The notes: a model not told the origin generated them from the letters alone. A DNA stretch of 64,000 nt from Pseudomonadota bacterium (GCA_039799905.1 JBDLRP010000042.1:1-64000); one strand, 5' to 3'. Positions 19,510 through 29,154 are shown, counted from the first letter of the stretch. Numbers and translations: made by a program.

Positions 19510-20382
19510 ATGGGCGAGAAAAAAGTCCACGAAAATATGCTCAGGGAAATCGTCTCCGGCATCGACGTCTTTGCCTTTTTGTCGATTCAGGAACTGCTGG
19601 CCAGCATCTATGCAGAAATGAAAAAGCACTCGCCCAGGTACTCATACCGAACCTTCTCGGCGGATCTGGGTTTTGGCGAGACAAACTATCTTCACCTGAT
19701 CTGCACTTACAAACGCCAACTTTCGCCGCGCAGCGCGCAGCAGGTTGTCCAACATCTGGGTCTGCAAGCCGAACGCAGGCAATGGTTTCTTTCGCTTGTC
19801 GAACACAAAGGCGCGCGCAAAACTGAACAAAGAACTGCCGGCATGCGAAAGGCATTTGAAATCAGAAAGAAGTCCATGCAAGACGGCCTGACGCGCGATG
19901 AACTGCAGTTTTTTGCACAGTGGTATCATCCGGTCGTGCGCGAAATGGCAGGCAGAGCCAACTTTTCGGCTCATCCGCAATGGATCGCGAGTCACATCCG
20001 GCCGCGCATCACGCCCGAGCAGGCAAAGTCGAGCCTCGAACTTCTTCTCAGGCTCGGTTACCTCAAGAGCGATGCAGATGGCCGAATTTCACAAACACAC
20101 AGCACCATACGCGTGCCTGAGGGTGCCACTCACCTCGCTGTCCACAATTATCATCAGGAAATGCTGCAGCTGAGCGCCCGCTGCCTGAGCGAAGTGGAAC
20201 CGGAACAACGCGACATCAATGCACTGACAGTCCCTCTCGACGCCGAACAAGTTGCCGAGGTCAAGCAATTGCTGCGCAATCTGCGAAAAAAAATCATCGA
20301 AATCAGTGAGCAGGATTCGGCAGGCAAAGAGATTTACCAACTCAACACTCAGGTCTTTCCTGTGACAAGGACAGATGAATGA
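19510..20382 (+). CDS. TIGR02147 family protein (HTH + DUF4423-like)
   Basis: YSYRTFS..LG, WYHPVVRE, SLELLLRLG, NYHQ.M, EQRDI..LT and YQLN.QVFP. Confidence 0.88.
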   Translation: MGEKKVHENMLREIVSGIDVFAFLSIQELLASIYAEMKKHSPRYSYRTFSADLGFGETNYLHLICTYKRQLSPRSAQQVVQHLGLQAERRQWFLSLVEHKGARKTEQRTAGMRKAFEIRKKSMQDGLTRDELQFFAQWYHPVVREMAGRANFSAHPQWIASHIRPRITPEQAKSSLELLLRLGYLKSDADGRISQTHSTIRVPEGATHLAVHNYHQEMLQLSARCLSEVEPEQRDINALTVPLDAEQVAEVKQLLRNLRKKIIEISEQDSAGKEIYQLNTQVFPVTRTDE

Positions 20383-20912
20383 AAAACGATATTTTAAACC
20401 TTCGTCATGCTGCAACGATCCTGCTCAGCCTCTTGATGCTAACATCGGGTTGCGCATTTGAAGTTGAAAATCCAGGCAAGCCTGATGACGGCTCGACCAA
20501 AAAGAGTCCGGCAAACCAAAAATCAACCGAGTCTCCGGACAACTCACAAGGTTCCTCAGCACCGACACTCAGTGAAAAACCTTCCAACACAGCCGAGCCT
20601 GCTGAGGCATGCAGCGACACTGTCACCTATGGAGCACCCAACAGCTCAGGACAGAATGGAGCGGTGATCAAACTGGCACCACATCCGTCGGGACTATCGC
20701 ACAAGCTTCTCATCAGAAACACAGCAGAAGATATTTTCACCGATGCCACAGCAGTCATCTACGCTGCGGGCGGTGAATTTCAGCCGGCTCTCTATCGATT
20801 TGAATACCGCGCTGCCGACGGAAGAAGTTGTCTGTTGACACTGACTGTTACCGAGCCAGATACGAGTCAAAAATTGGAAATCACGGTGATTGTGACGCCG
20901 CCGAACCAATGA
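20379..20912 (+). CDS. Lipoprotein coupled to the TIGR02147 gene
   Basis: ATGA overlap with the upstream gene; lipobox TSG-C followed by AFEVENP. Confidence 0.75.
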   Translation: MKNDILNLRHAATILLSLLMLTSGCAFEVENPGKPDDGSTKKSPANQKSTESPDNSQGSSAPTLSEKPSNTAEPAEACSDTVTYGAPNSSGQNGAVIKLAPHPSGLSHKLLIRNTAEDIFTDATAVIYAAGGEFQPALYRFEYRAADGRSCLLTLTVTEPDTSQKLEITVIVTPPNQ

Positions 20913-20931
20913 TTGATGTTACGGATGGGAA

Positions 20932-21008
20932 TGGTGCAGCCGCAGGGACTCGAACCCCGGACCCCTGCCGTGTGAAGGCAGTGCTCTAACCAACTGAGCT
21001 ACGGCTGC
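20932..21008 (-). tRNA. tRNA-Val (anticodon CAC)
   Basis: Minus strand reads GCAGCCG TAGCTCAGTTGGTTAGAGCA CTGCC TT-CAC-AC GGCAG GGGTC CGGGG TTCGAGT CCCTG CGGCTGC ACCA; full cloverleaf with encoded CCA, 77 nt. Confidence 0.97.
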
Positions 21009-22144
21009 GAAGAACCTCGACGTTTATTGTCAGTGTTGCGTTTTGTCAACTGCTCATGCTGACTTGCAGCCTTCAGCAAGCCCGAGAGTTTCTGAATAAT
21101 TCCGCTTCCCTCAAGCAACTGCCCTTGAAAGACGACAGCCGGCGTCTGCATCAAGCCGAACTGACGGGCCAGACTTTGGGCCCTCAACAGCAAATCGGTA
21201 AGCCCCTCGCCCGACTTGTAACACGACTTGAACTCACTAAACTTGACCCCCGTCTGGCGGGCGAGATCGAATACGGAGACTTCTGAAAGCAACTCGCCTT
21301 TTGTAAGCGCGGCCATGTGAAACGACGGAAACTCTCCCAGCTGCTGCGCACACAAAGAGCCGCGCGCTAGCGACATGGACACCTCGGGGCGGGTGTAGGG
21401 AAAGGGAACATAGACGGGTCTCAACTGGCCCGTGTGCTCGGCCATGAGCTTGGCAAAATCGACATAAAAAGAGACGCAGTCGGTGCAGAGGTAATCGACA
21501 AAAACAAGTGCGTTGGGCTGAGATTTTCCGTCAGCGGGGAGGCCGCGTAAATCGACCGATGATAACTCCGGAAGTGGTGCCGGACGGCCCACCAGCAAGC
21601 TCCATTCGCCCTTCTCGCGCAACCCGTTCGACCACTGCTCGAGTGCCTCGCGGCGGCGGACTTCATTCAAATAACCGATCAGCTGATCCTTGACCGGTGC
21701 GAATCCTTCGCGCGGGGCGGAGGGATCGCTCGCTTCATAAAGAAGCCGTGCGTCCTGCGTCGTGGCCTCGTCACGCGCCAACAATTCCTCTTCAGTTTTC
21801 TCGGCAGAGCCACTTGCGGCTATCTGTACTTCCAGAAGATGCAGACGGGCTATTTTGTCGGCTTCTTTGAAGAACTGCAGCTTCGCATCGCGAACGGCCT
21901 GATCACGCAATGTCAGGGCGCGCGAAAACTGATTTTTTAGATTATCCGAGAGTTGTTGAGGCGAGAGGCTCTTGCCTTTGTGAAGTAAGAAGGGTTCGTT
22001 GAGACTTGCAAAAGCGGTGTCTGATTGCAAAGTGGCCTTGTCGTCTATCCCCTGATTATTCAAATGAGCGGTCAACCAGATTGCTGCGCTTGCAACAAGG
22101 CCCCCGAGAGCGCCCGATAAAACAGATTTCCGACACAGTGCCAT
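20999..22144 (-). CDS. Membrane-anchored DsbA/thioredoxin-fold protein
   Basis: GAGGAG RBS; N-terminal TM helix; FVDYLCTDC (CxxC) and cis-Pro loop QTPAV. Confidence 0.75.
   Translation of the reverse strand: MALCRKSVLSGALGGLVASAAIWLTAHLNNQGIDDKATLQSDTAFASLNEPFLLHKGKSLSPQQLSDNLKNQFSRALTLRDQAVRDAKLQFFKEADKIARLHLLEVQIAASGSAEKTEEELLARDEATTQDARLLYEASDPSAPREGFAPVKDQLIGYLNEVRRREALEQWSNGLREKGEWSLLVGRPAPLPELSSVDLRGLPADGKSQPNALVFVDYLCTDCVSFYVDFAKLMAEHTGQLRPVYVPFPYTRPEVSMSLARGSLCAQQLGEFPSFHMAALTKGELLSEVSVFDLARQTGVKFSEFKSCYKSGEGLTDLLLRAQSLARQFGLMQTPAVVFQGQLLEGSGIIQKLSGLLKAASQHEQLTKRNTDNKRRGSSQP
21021..21049 (-). promoter_or_regulatory. Candidate sigma70 promoter for tRNA-Val inside the upstream CDS
   Basis: TTGACA-17 bp-TAAACG, ending 12 nt before tRNA position 1. 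Confidence 0.5.
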
Positions 22145-22201
22145 GCAAGAAGTCTCCTCATGCGGTTCTGCGACAGAGAACCACACGAGAAGCGTGCCGG
22201 T

Positions 22202-22825
22202 TTAGAGCCAGACTGTCAAACCGGCACCTATGCGGGAGGCTTTTCCGACTGGTCTAATCAGCTCTCCCTTGCTGTTTTTGCCCGAATAGTTGGACACGGT
22301 GTGCGACGCACTCAAAACCAGACTCACCTGCTGGGAGGCAAAGTAACTCATCTCAAAAATTCCGCGGTATCCAGCTCCGTTGAGGAGCAGCTGTTCACCG
22401 CCAGAATTCACGTTGGCGCGTGAGTACACGGCCGCGCCGCCGACAATGATATTGGTGACCGGTGTGCTCATGACCATCTTCACATCGAACCCTGTGTCCA
22501 CTAAACGGAGTTCGTGTTGAGCTTTATCTGGGTTCTGCAATTGGCTCGTGGAAAAAAACGCTCCCGTCTGGATAAATCGAAAGTGTTCCATACCTGCAGC
22601 CAGCTGAAGGCCGTTACCGGTGTACTTCAATCCGCCATTTCCTGCGGAGGGCATCGCCAAATCGGCCTGCGCCGCGTTCACCTGCTGGGCAAGATAAAGA
22701 TTGTATTTATACGGACTGCGGAAACGGTTGTAGTAATCGTGCGTCAGCTGATAGCCCTGCGCAGGTGCCGCAATCCACAGGCACAGCGCCGAAAAGATAA
22801 TTTTAAAACCCGAAAACGCTTTCAT
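22202..22825 (-). CDS. Putative outer-membrane beta-barrel protein
   Basis: Sec signal (AQG), alternating amphipathic strands, terminal strand IGAGLTVWL. Confidence 0.7.
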   Translation of the reverse strand: MKAFSGFKIIFSALCLWIAAPAQGYQLTHDYYNRFRSPYKYNLYLAQQVNAAQADLAMPSAGNGGLKYTGNGLQLAAGMEHFRFIQTGAFFSTSQLQNPDKAQHELRLVDTGFDVKMVMSTPVTNIIVGGAAVYSRANVNSGGEQLLLNGAGYRGIFEMSYFASQQVSLVLSASHTVSNYSGKNSKGELIRPVGKASRIGAGLTVWL

Positions 22826-22860
22826 AACTCACCTCATGCTGATTGCGTCTATCCCACTCA

Positions 22861-22876
22861 AGCAGGTGGCGTGCCA
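22861..22876 (-). promoter_or_regulatory. Candidate sigma54 (-24/-12) promoter
   Basis: TGGCACGCCACCTGCT matches GG-N10-GC, 35 nt upstream of the OMP start. Confidence 0.6.
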
Positions 22877-23062
22877 AAAAAGTCTTGACTTTTATTTTTT
22901 GAATATTTTTAGACTCTTGTATGATAGAGCGCACGCAATGGCAGGGCTAAAAAATGACTGCCTGCATTGCAATGTAAAAACCTTATACAGCGCACTGAAT
23001 TTTCGCAGACAGGCTGCCGAACCATAAAAAACGGTGAAATTTGAGCCGAGGGTAAAATCAGA

Positions 23063-23788
23063 ATGACGACAGTTTCATCAGAGCCAGAAAAGCGTGTGGG
23101 CATTCTGGGAGCGGCCTTTGACCCTCCACACTTCGGGCATTTTCTTCTTGCACAACTCGCCCTCCAATCAGGAGAACTCGACGAAATTTGGCTGATTCCC
23201 TCGCCAGAGCGATGGGATAAATCGCCCGTCGGTACCGGACAGCAGCGGCTGGAATGGTTGCAGATGGCGGTGCGTGAGTGTCCGCAAGCGCTCAAAAGTC
23301 GTTTGATCGTTTCAGACGTGGAATTGCGCCTGCCCACGTATCGCGGAACGTATTGGCTGCTTTCTCAACTTCGCCGCACTCATCCAAAAACACTTTTTTC
23401 GTTGATACTTGGCTGGGATTCTTTCGTCGGCATCCCCAACTGGAGAGATCCAACAACGGGCACCCTGAATGGCGAAGAGCTACTCAGGAGCACCCGCTTT
23501 TACGTAAGTCCGCGCGCGGCGAGTCATGAATACAGCGCCGAGCATCCGCGCGAACATCCGCAGGGTGTCGTCATGTTGCCGGCTCTCGATGATCCCGCAG
23601 CCGGAGATGTAGAGTGGCTGAACAACTGCGGACAAAATGCAGTCGCCGCTCTGTCGAGTAGTCTTATCCGCGCAGCAATCGCACGCGGAGAGAATCTCAA
23701 CTTTATTTTTCCCAAGGTGCACGAAGAAATTTTGAAGTCACAGACTTATGCTCCCGGGAAAACGACTTCACTTCAGGAAAGCAGCTGA
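23063..23788 (+). CDS. nadD: Nicotinate-nucleotide adenylyltransferase
   Basis: GILGAAFDPPHFGH, LILGWDS...W and LSSSLIR. Confidence 0.88.
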   Translation: MTTVSSEPEKRVGILGAAFDPPHFGHFLLAQLALQSGELDEIWLIPSPERWDKSPVGTGQQRLEWLQMAVRECPQALKSRLIVSDVELRLPTYRGTYWLLSQLRRTHPKTLFSLILGWDSFVGIPNWRDPTTGTLNGEELLRSTRFYVSPRAASHEYSAEHPREHPQGVVMLPALDDPAAGDVEWLNNCGQNAVAALSSSLIRAAIARGENLNFIFPKVHEEILKSQTYAPGKTTSLQESS

Positions 23789-24786
23789 CGCGCCTGAAGT
23801 TCGATGCCTTGCGTCAAACGCACGCCCATGTGGGTGACGGTGTCGCTGGCAAGCAGCGTTCCCAGCTGACCACAAACCTGCAAAGGTTTTCCACGGACGA
23901 GTCCGAGCAGGAATCCACCGGCAAAAAGATCACCCGCACCCGTTGTGTCGACAACCTTCACATTGCGTGTCGGGACATGAAGCGCCTCGCCGCGGTGGCA
24001 GATCCACGCACCTTGAGCACCATCTTTGACAACCGCCAACTCAACATTCTCGCCCAGCTTCAGGGCGGCCTTTTGTCCGCTGCATCCGACCAGCATTTCG
24101 GCTTCCTGAGCATTGGCAAACACAAGCGACACGCACGAACGGAACAACTCCATGAAGCGTTCTTTGCTGCGCGAGACAACGAACGGGTCGGCAACGTCGA
24201 GAGCAATTCGGACGTTGTTCTGGTGTGCAACGTTGATGGCATGCTCGATGGCATCCACCTGCTCGGGCGTGTCCCACACGTAGCCTGTGGTGAAAAAGAT
24301 TTTGCTGTTTTTGATGTCCTGCTCTGGAACGAAACCGCGATGATAAGAACGGCAGGCGCCAAGGTGTGTGTTGAGTGTGCGTTCACCATCGGGCGTGACG
24401 ACCACAAGGCATGTGCCGGTGGTTCCCTGCACCACTGCCAGACGGTTGCGGATGCTCAGCTGCTCAAGACGGGCCGAAAAAGAATCACCGTATTGATCGC
24501 GGGCCACGCAGGAACTGTAACTGACTTCAGCTCCGACGAGTGCCATTGCACGCAGTGCGTTTGCAGCACTGCCACCGAGCTCAACTTCCGCCGTAAGCTT
24601 GCCGAGGTTTGCAAGTACGCGCGCCTGATCGCCGCCGTCCACAAGCTGCATGCGCCCCTTGTGCATACCCAGCTCGAGCAAATCGCTTTCTTCGGCACGA
24701 ACCAGCATGTCCACCAATGCGTTTTCGATGGACGTCACATCGATCGGACGCTTGCTCTGCTCTGCACTGAAAAAAGAGAATGACAT
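23773..24786 (-). CDS. PfkB-family (adenosine kinase-like) sugar/nucleoside kinase
   Basis: NALVD, GGSAAN, TPDGERT and VDTTGAGDLFAGG. Confidence 0.9.
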   Translation of the reverse strand: MSFSFFSAEQSKRPIDVTSIENALVDMLVRAEESDLLELGMHKGRMQLVDGGDQARVLANLGKLTAEVELGGSAANALRAMALVGAEVSYSSCVARDQYGDSFSARLEQLSIRNRLAVVQGTTGTCLVVVTPDGERTLNTHLGACRSYHRGFVPEQDIKNSKIFFTTGYVWDTPEQVDAIEHAINVAHQNNVRIALDVADPFVVSRSKERFMELFRSCVSLVFANAQEAEMLVGCSGQKAALKLGENVELAVVKDGAQGAWICHRGEALHVPTRNVKVVDTTGAGDLFAGGFLLGLVRGKPLQVCGQLGTLLASDTVTHMGVRLTQGIELQARQLLS

Positions 24787-24834
24787 GAGAAACCCCGTTC
24801 CATTGTTAAAGTCTGATGGACAAAAGGACGTTGT

Positions 24835-25851
24835 TCAGTTGGAAGAGAACGTCGTCCACGCAAAATCGAGCCCGCCCTGCAAATCGCGCACAACCCCGAC
24901 TGCTGTCAACGGTTCCGAGCCGGAAAAGGTCAATTTTGTCGAGGAATCCGCCTGATTTTCAAGCTCACCGCGGCTCAAATACCATTGCACGCGACGCTTT
25001 GCACCTGAGTCGGGATCAGCAGCTGACAAACTCAAACTAAGATCGACGGGAGAACCTGCCACCTTGCTGCCCTGCGCCGGACTGATGCCTTGTATGACGG
25101 GAGCCGAGTTGGTAGCCGCAGTGCCGCTGCCGGAAAAGGCTTGCGACAGGCAACGGGCCGAGTCGCTCTGCGGAGCTCCGGAGCCACCGCCACCAGCCTG
25201 TGGCGCAGCGACGACTGTGAACGTGAATGCGCCGCGATCCGTGCGGTACGAACTCCCTTCAATGGAGGCTTCATACTCGAGTGTATACAGCGGCAACCAA
25301 CCTTCGCTCAACGCCTCCGAGAGCAGCAGCTCAGCAGTCGGCGTGTTGAACGTCAGGGTATGCTCCTCAATGCGCATGGGCGATTCCTGCTTCACCTGCC
25401 GCGACCACTGAACATCCTGAAGTCCGAGCGACGACAGTGCGATTTCGCTATTGCGAACCTTGGCCGCTGCTTGAAGAATAGTGTTGCAATCCGAATTTTG
25501 ATTGATCAGCTGTGGCAATTTGGCACGCTGCAATTTGCTGACCTTGAGAGTGAGGGGCTGCGGCGACACAGGTGCAATTGCCAGAAAGCGCAGCGTCGTC
25601 TTCAGTGCGGGTCGCAGCGGGTACTGCTGACAAACCTGCTCACCACCGAGCTCAAAGCACTGCTGGCCTTGCGCAGGTGAATCCACCTTTTGCAACGATT
25701 GCATTGCCGGCACACGGATTTCCTCAAGCACATAAAAATTGCGCCCTGCCCGGCAAGACAACAGAGCGACCGCGGCCACACTACACGCAAACGCAGGAAA
25801 CAGTCTTTTTGAGAACATGTTCTGCGTTGATTTTTTCTTTGCGTTCATCAT
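24835..25851 (-). CDS. Lipoprotein downstream of the TonB-dependent receptor
   Basis: GAGGAG RBS; LLS-C lipobox; C-terminal Ig/PKD-like segment (NSAPVI...DPD...VQW...VRD.QGG). Confidence 0.75.
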   Translation of the reverse strand: MMNAKKKSTQNMFSKRLFPAFACSVAAVALLSCRAGRNFYVLEEIRVPAMQSLQKVDSPAQGQQCFELGGEQVCQQYPLRPALKTTLRFLAIAPVSPQPLTLKVSKLQRAKLPQLINQNSDCNTILQAAAKVRNSEIALSSLGLQDVQWSRQVKQESPMRIEEHTLTFNTPTAELLLSEALSEGWLPLYTLEYEASIEGSSYRTDRGAFTFTVVAAPQAGGGGSGAPQSDSARCLSQAFSGSGTAATNSAPVIQGISPAQGSKVAGSPVDLSLSLSAADPDSGAKRRVQWYLSRGELENQADSSTKLTFSGSEPLTAVGVVRDLQGGLDFAWTTFSSN

Positions 25852-25862
25852 CGTCAGACTCC

Positions 25863-28265
25863 TCAAAAAACAGCTTTGATGCCAATGTTGGGAATGATCG
25901 GTGTGCCGGCAATCGGCTCACGGCTGCTGAAGTCGGGCGCATTACGGTAACCGACCGTGTTTTCGCGGTTGGTCGCATTCTGCACTTCCAAGAAGGTGGT
26001 CAGCGTCCAATCATCAAACAGGAAATCGTAGTCGGTGCGAAGGTCCAACTGGGCAAACGGTGGATTGCGGCCATCGTTGATGGCAATAATTGGTGTTGGC
26101 GACGGAGCGACGGGACGGTAGCGTCCGGTGTTCTGATTGTACACGCCGCCGTTGAGTATATTGTAGGGCCCCCCGCTCAGATACTGAAAACGTGCGCCGA
26201 ATTCCCAACGACCGCTGAGACGGTAACTCCCGATCAAATTGAGCGCATGCGGCCTGTCAAAAGAAAAAGTCCGCCACACATTCAGCGCGGGATCCTTTCG
26301 CTCCGAACGGCTGTAGCCATAACTCAACCATCCGTTCCAGACACCCTTGCGCGTTTTGCGCAACAAAACTTCCGCACCGTAGGCGCGGCCCTCGATGTTG
26401 TTTTCATATTTGAGCAAAGGATTGCTTGTTGCAGTGGCAACAATATCCCACAATTTCTTTTGATAGACCTGCACGTCGATATCGACATCCGCAATCAGGT
26501 TGCGTTCAGCACCGAGAACCAGATGGCTTGCCTTCTCGAGTTTGAGATCGGGGTTGCCGTATTCAGGCGAATCAAACTGCGGTCCGGGCCGTTGGCTGTA
26601 GATGCCGGCGGCAAGCTTGAAGGCTGTATTTTCGTTGGCCTGCCAACGCGTAGAAAAACGAGGATCGGCAGCCCGCTGCTTTGCAGTGTTACCTTGCAAA
26701 AAGGCAACTCCCGGATTGACGACAAGCGACTCCGCCGGCTTCCAGACAGTATCGATATGCCCCTGCACGGTGGTTGTGTTGCGCTTCACATCAGACTGCG
26801 TTTTGGTTGCAGTGTCAGTATCAAAGAATGGCGTAAAACCTGTCGGTGGCAGCTGAATTGCAAAGACCTTGGAAACTGTCCGGTCGTATTCGGGGCGAAT
26901 GCCCACCGACGCTGAAAATTCATCGCTGAATTTTTTGTCGAGCGCCAAATCGAGACCAAAGCGATTACCGCGCACATCAACGGTGTTATCGAAAATCTCT
27001 TGATTAACGATCACAAGCCGCTGCTGAGGCACGGCAGTCAAGCCCCAGCCGTTACCGAGGTTCGCACTGTAGCGGAATCCAGAGACTTCAAAATAGTTGA
27101 ACAGCGAGAATTTTGCGGTCCCGTCGGCGTTGTTCGACTGACCTGAAGGCACAACCAAGCTCAACCTGTCGGCGGCACCCACGAGATAAGCCTGCCACGT
27201 GCCTCTGCTGTGCTTGCCGTCGAGGATGACCTGATAGTCGGTGATGTTCGGCACGGTAAACAACTGCAAACGGTTGCCGGCGACTTTTTTGATGATGGGA
27301 ACAAAAAGCTCAAGGTAACTGCGACGAAAGCCAGCGCGCACGCCGACGGGAGTTTCACCAAAAAGATTTGTCGGCGCTTCAATGAAACCAGCCGACTGTT
27401 TGAGGGCGATTTCAACTTCGCCACTGGTGCGTGTGGGTGTTTTATTTTCCGAACGAAGCTGAATGGTCGCCCCGATAGCGTCGTTGTAGAGCGATGAAAA
27501 TCCACCCGGATAAAAATCAATCCCTTCGAGGGCGCGTGTCGGTATCACCGTTCCCAAGCCGCCCAAGTGAAATACAAAGGGCAATTCGAGACGATCGAAA
27601 AAACTCTTGGTGTCTTCGGGGGCGCTCCCGCGCACAACGACGTTTGCAGCGCCCGGAAATACGGGCAACACCGAGGGAAGCGTCTGCAGGGCAGCCACAG
27701 GGTCACCACCGGTGCCGGGGACGCGAAGAATTTCATCGCGCGACAAACTTTGCTGACTCACTTCCACCTTGCGGCGGGCGCGGATAATTCCCACACCCAA
27801 CAATTCCGCAGAAGGCTCGAGCATCAGTGTGCCCGCGTCTGTCTGGTTGGATTCAATCTCAACTTGCAGTGGAACGAATCCCTCTTTCTTGAAGGAGAGA
27901 GTTTTGGTGTCCGCAGGCACTTCAATTTCAAATGAACCATCGGCTTTTGATTCTGTCGAGACGCTTTTCGAAGGCAATGCAACGACCGATACTCCGCCAG
28001 CCTTTTTCTTCGTTCCCAAGACACCCAACACACCGACAACCTTGCGTACGCCCGCCACAGGCGCTTGTGACGCAGCGGGAGTTGGTGCCGGCGTTTGCGC
28101 AGGAGCTGCCGCAGCAGGTGCCGGCGTTGGCACAGGCGTTGCCGCAGCAGGTGCGGGAGTCGGCGCAGGAGTTGGCGTTGGTGCTGGCGTCATGTTTGCC
28201 GTCTGCGCAAACACACTCCATGTGTGAGCCGAGACAAGCGCAACAAAAAAGGCTGGCCTAATCAT
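25863..28265 (-). CDS. TonB-dependent receptor with N-terminal extension
   Basis: Signal peptide, Pro/Ala/Thr linker, carboxypeptidase-regulatory-like domain, plug (PGTGGDP..ALQTLPSV, VVRG), GNPDLKLE, NATNREN and terminal Phe. Confidence 0.92.
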   Translation of the reverse strand: MIRPAFFVALVSAHTWSVFAQTANMTPAPTPTPAPTPAPAAATPVPTPAPAAAAPAQTPAPTPAASQAPVAGVRKVVGVLGVLGTKKKAGGVSVVALPSKSVSTESKADGSFEIEVPADTKTLSFKKEGFVPLQVEIESNQTDAGTLMLEPSAELLGVGIIRARRKVEVSQQSLSRDEILRVPGTGGDPVAALQTLPSVLPVFPGAANVVVRGSAPEDTKSFFDRLELPFVFHLGGLGTVIPTRALEGIDFYPGGFSSLYNDAIGATIQLRSENKTPTRTSGEVEIALKQSAGFIEAPTNLFGETPVGVRAGFRRSYLELFVPIIKKVAGNRLQLFTVPNITDYQVILDGKHSRGTWQAYLVGAADRLSLVVPSGQSNNADGTAKFSLFNYFEVSGFRYSANLGNGWGLTAVPQQRLVIVNQEIFDNTVDVRGNRFGLDLALDKKFSDEFSASVGIRPEYDRTVSKVFAIQLPPTGFTPFFDTDTATKTQSDVKRNTTTVQGHIDTVWKPAESLVVNPGVAFLQGNTAKQRAADPRFSTRWQANENTAFKLAAGIYSQRPGPQFDSPEYGNPDLKLEKASHLVLGAERNLIADVDIDVQVYQKKLWDIVATATSNPLLKYENNIEGRAYGAEVLLRKTRKGVWNGWLSYGYSRSERKDPALNVWRTFSFDRPHALNLIGSYRLSGRWEFGARFQYLSGGPYNILNGGVYNQNTGRYRPVAPSPTPIIAINDGRNPPFAQLDLRTDYDFLFDDWTLTTFLEVQNATNRENTVGYRNAPDFSSREPIAGTPIIPNIGIKAVF
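28078..28190 (-). repeat. Low-complexity TPAP/AAA repeats in the TBDR N-terminus
   Basis: Encodes TPAPTPTPAPTPAPAAATPVPTPAPAAAAPAQTPAPTP. Confidence 0.7.
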
Positions 28266-28968
28266 ACATCACCTTCCACACGAGTTTTTTACCTGCCACT
28301 CCGACTGCTTTTCCGGAAAGGACAGCAGGTGTGCACTTCAATTTAAGAGCGGCCTTCAGAGCCACTTTGTCGATTTCAAAACCGGTTCCTGCTTTCAGTT
28401 TGGCATCCTGAACAAGACCAGCGGCGGTCACGGCGACCTCAATGATCACCTCAGCATTAGTAAGCCCCGCATTGAGCGCATCTGTTGTGAGTTCCAAATT
28501 GGGTGGCACCGGACATTTCGCCGGTGAGTCGGTGAGTGCCTCCGAAACATTGTCGGACTCAGTTCCAGACAGCGGTGCCGGCGGTGGCTTGTCTGCGTCG
28601 GCGGGATTCACCGGCGCCAAACTTGAATTACCTACGGCAACTGCGGGCGCGTCCGGACGCGCCGTGTCGGGCTTGGCAAGCGAATCAGAAAGACCAGCAC
28701 GAACCTCAGGCTGGGGCACTGGCTTTTCAGGAACAGGCTGCCGGCGATCCACACGCACGGGTGGCCGCGGTTTTGGTGTGTTGACAACTGGGGGAGGCGC
28801 TGGAGTGGTCATAACCCTCGGCGGCTCGGCAATACGCACCTTGATTGATTCGGGCTCACGAACGGCGGATGTGTCCGACAATGTGCGTGACGCAATCCAA
28901 AACAGTGCGCCATGCAACGCTGCGCTTAAAATCAAAGCACCTTGAGCGTACTTCCACTGCACTACCAC
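28258..28968 (-). CDS. tonB: Energy transducer TonB
   Basis: TM anchor with S..LH, Pro-rich linker and TonB-C-like domain; overlaps the receptor start. Confidence 0.8.
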   Translation of the reverse strand: MVVQWKYAQGALILSAALHGALFWIASRTLSDTSAVREPESIKVRIAEPPRVMTTPAPPPVVNTPKPRPPVRVDRRQPVPEKPVPQPEVRAGLSDSLAKPDTARPDAPAVAVGNSSLAPVNPADADKPPPAPLSGTESDNVSEALTDSPAKCPVPPNLELTTDALNAGLTNAEVIIEVAVTAAGLVQDAKLKAGTGFEIDKVALKAALKLKCTPAVLSGKAVGVAGKKLVWKVMYD

Positions 28969-29154
28969 TGCCCCACATTAAAAAATCAAGCACCGACACT
29001 TTGTCATGCAAGTCCAAAACCGACAACTAATTGAGTGAAATCTTCACGAGTTAAACAAACGTCAAAAGAGCGGCTCTTCAGGGGTCCCAAAACCCCACGC
29101 AACAAGCTAGTCTTAAGCCAAACAAACACGCAAAACAGTGCGGGGGGATTCCTG

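Noticed and set aside
17245..20931. Genomic island integrated at the tRNA-Val 3' end
   Set aside because: No integrase and no duplicated tRNA 3' end seen in the window.
22936..22971. NAD riboswitch upstream of nadD (GCAATG-GCAG...CTGC...CATTGC stem)
   Set aside because: Only a single imperfect hairpin; I could not match it to known NAD riboswitch consensus features.
23809..24783. 324-aa plus-strand ORF
   Set aside because: Antisense shadow of the PfkB kinase.
25572..26915. 447-aa plus-strand ORF
   Set aside because: Antisense to the TonB-dependent receptor; no independent coding signal.
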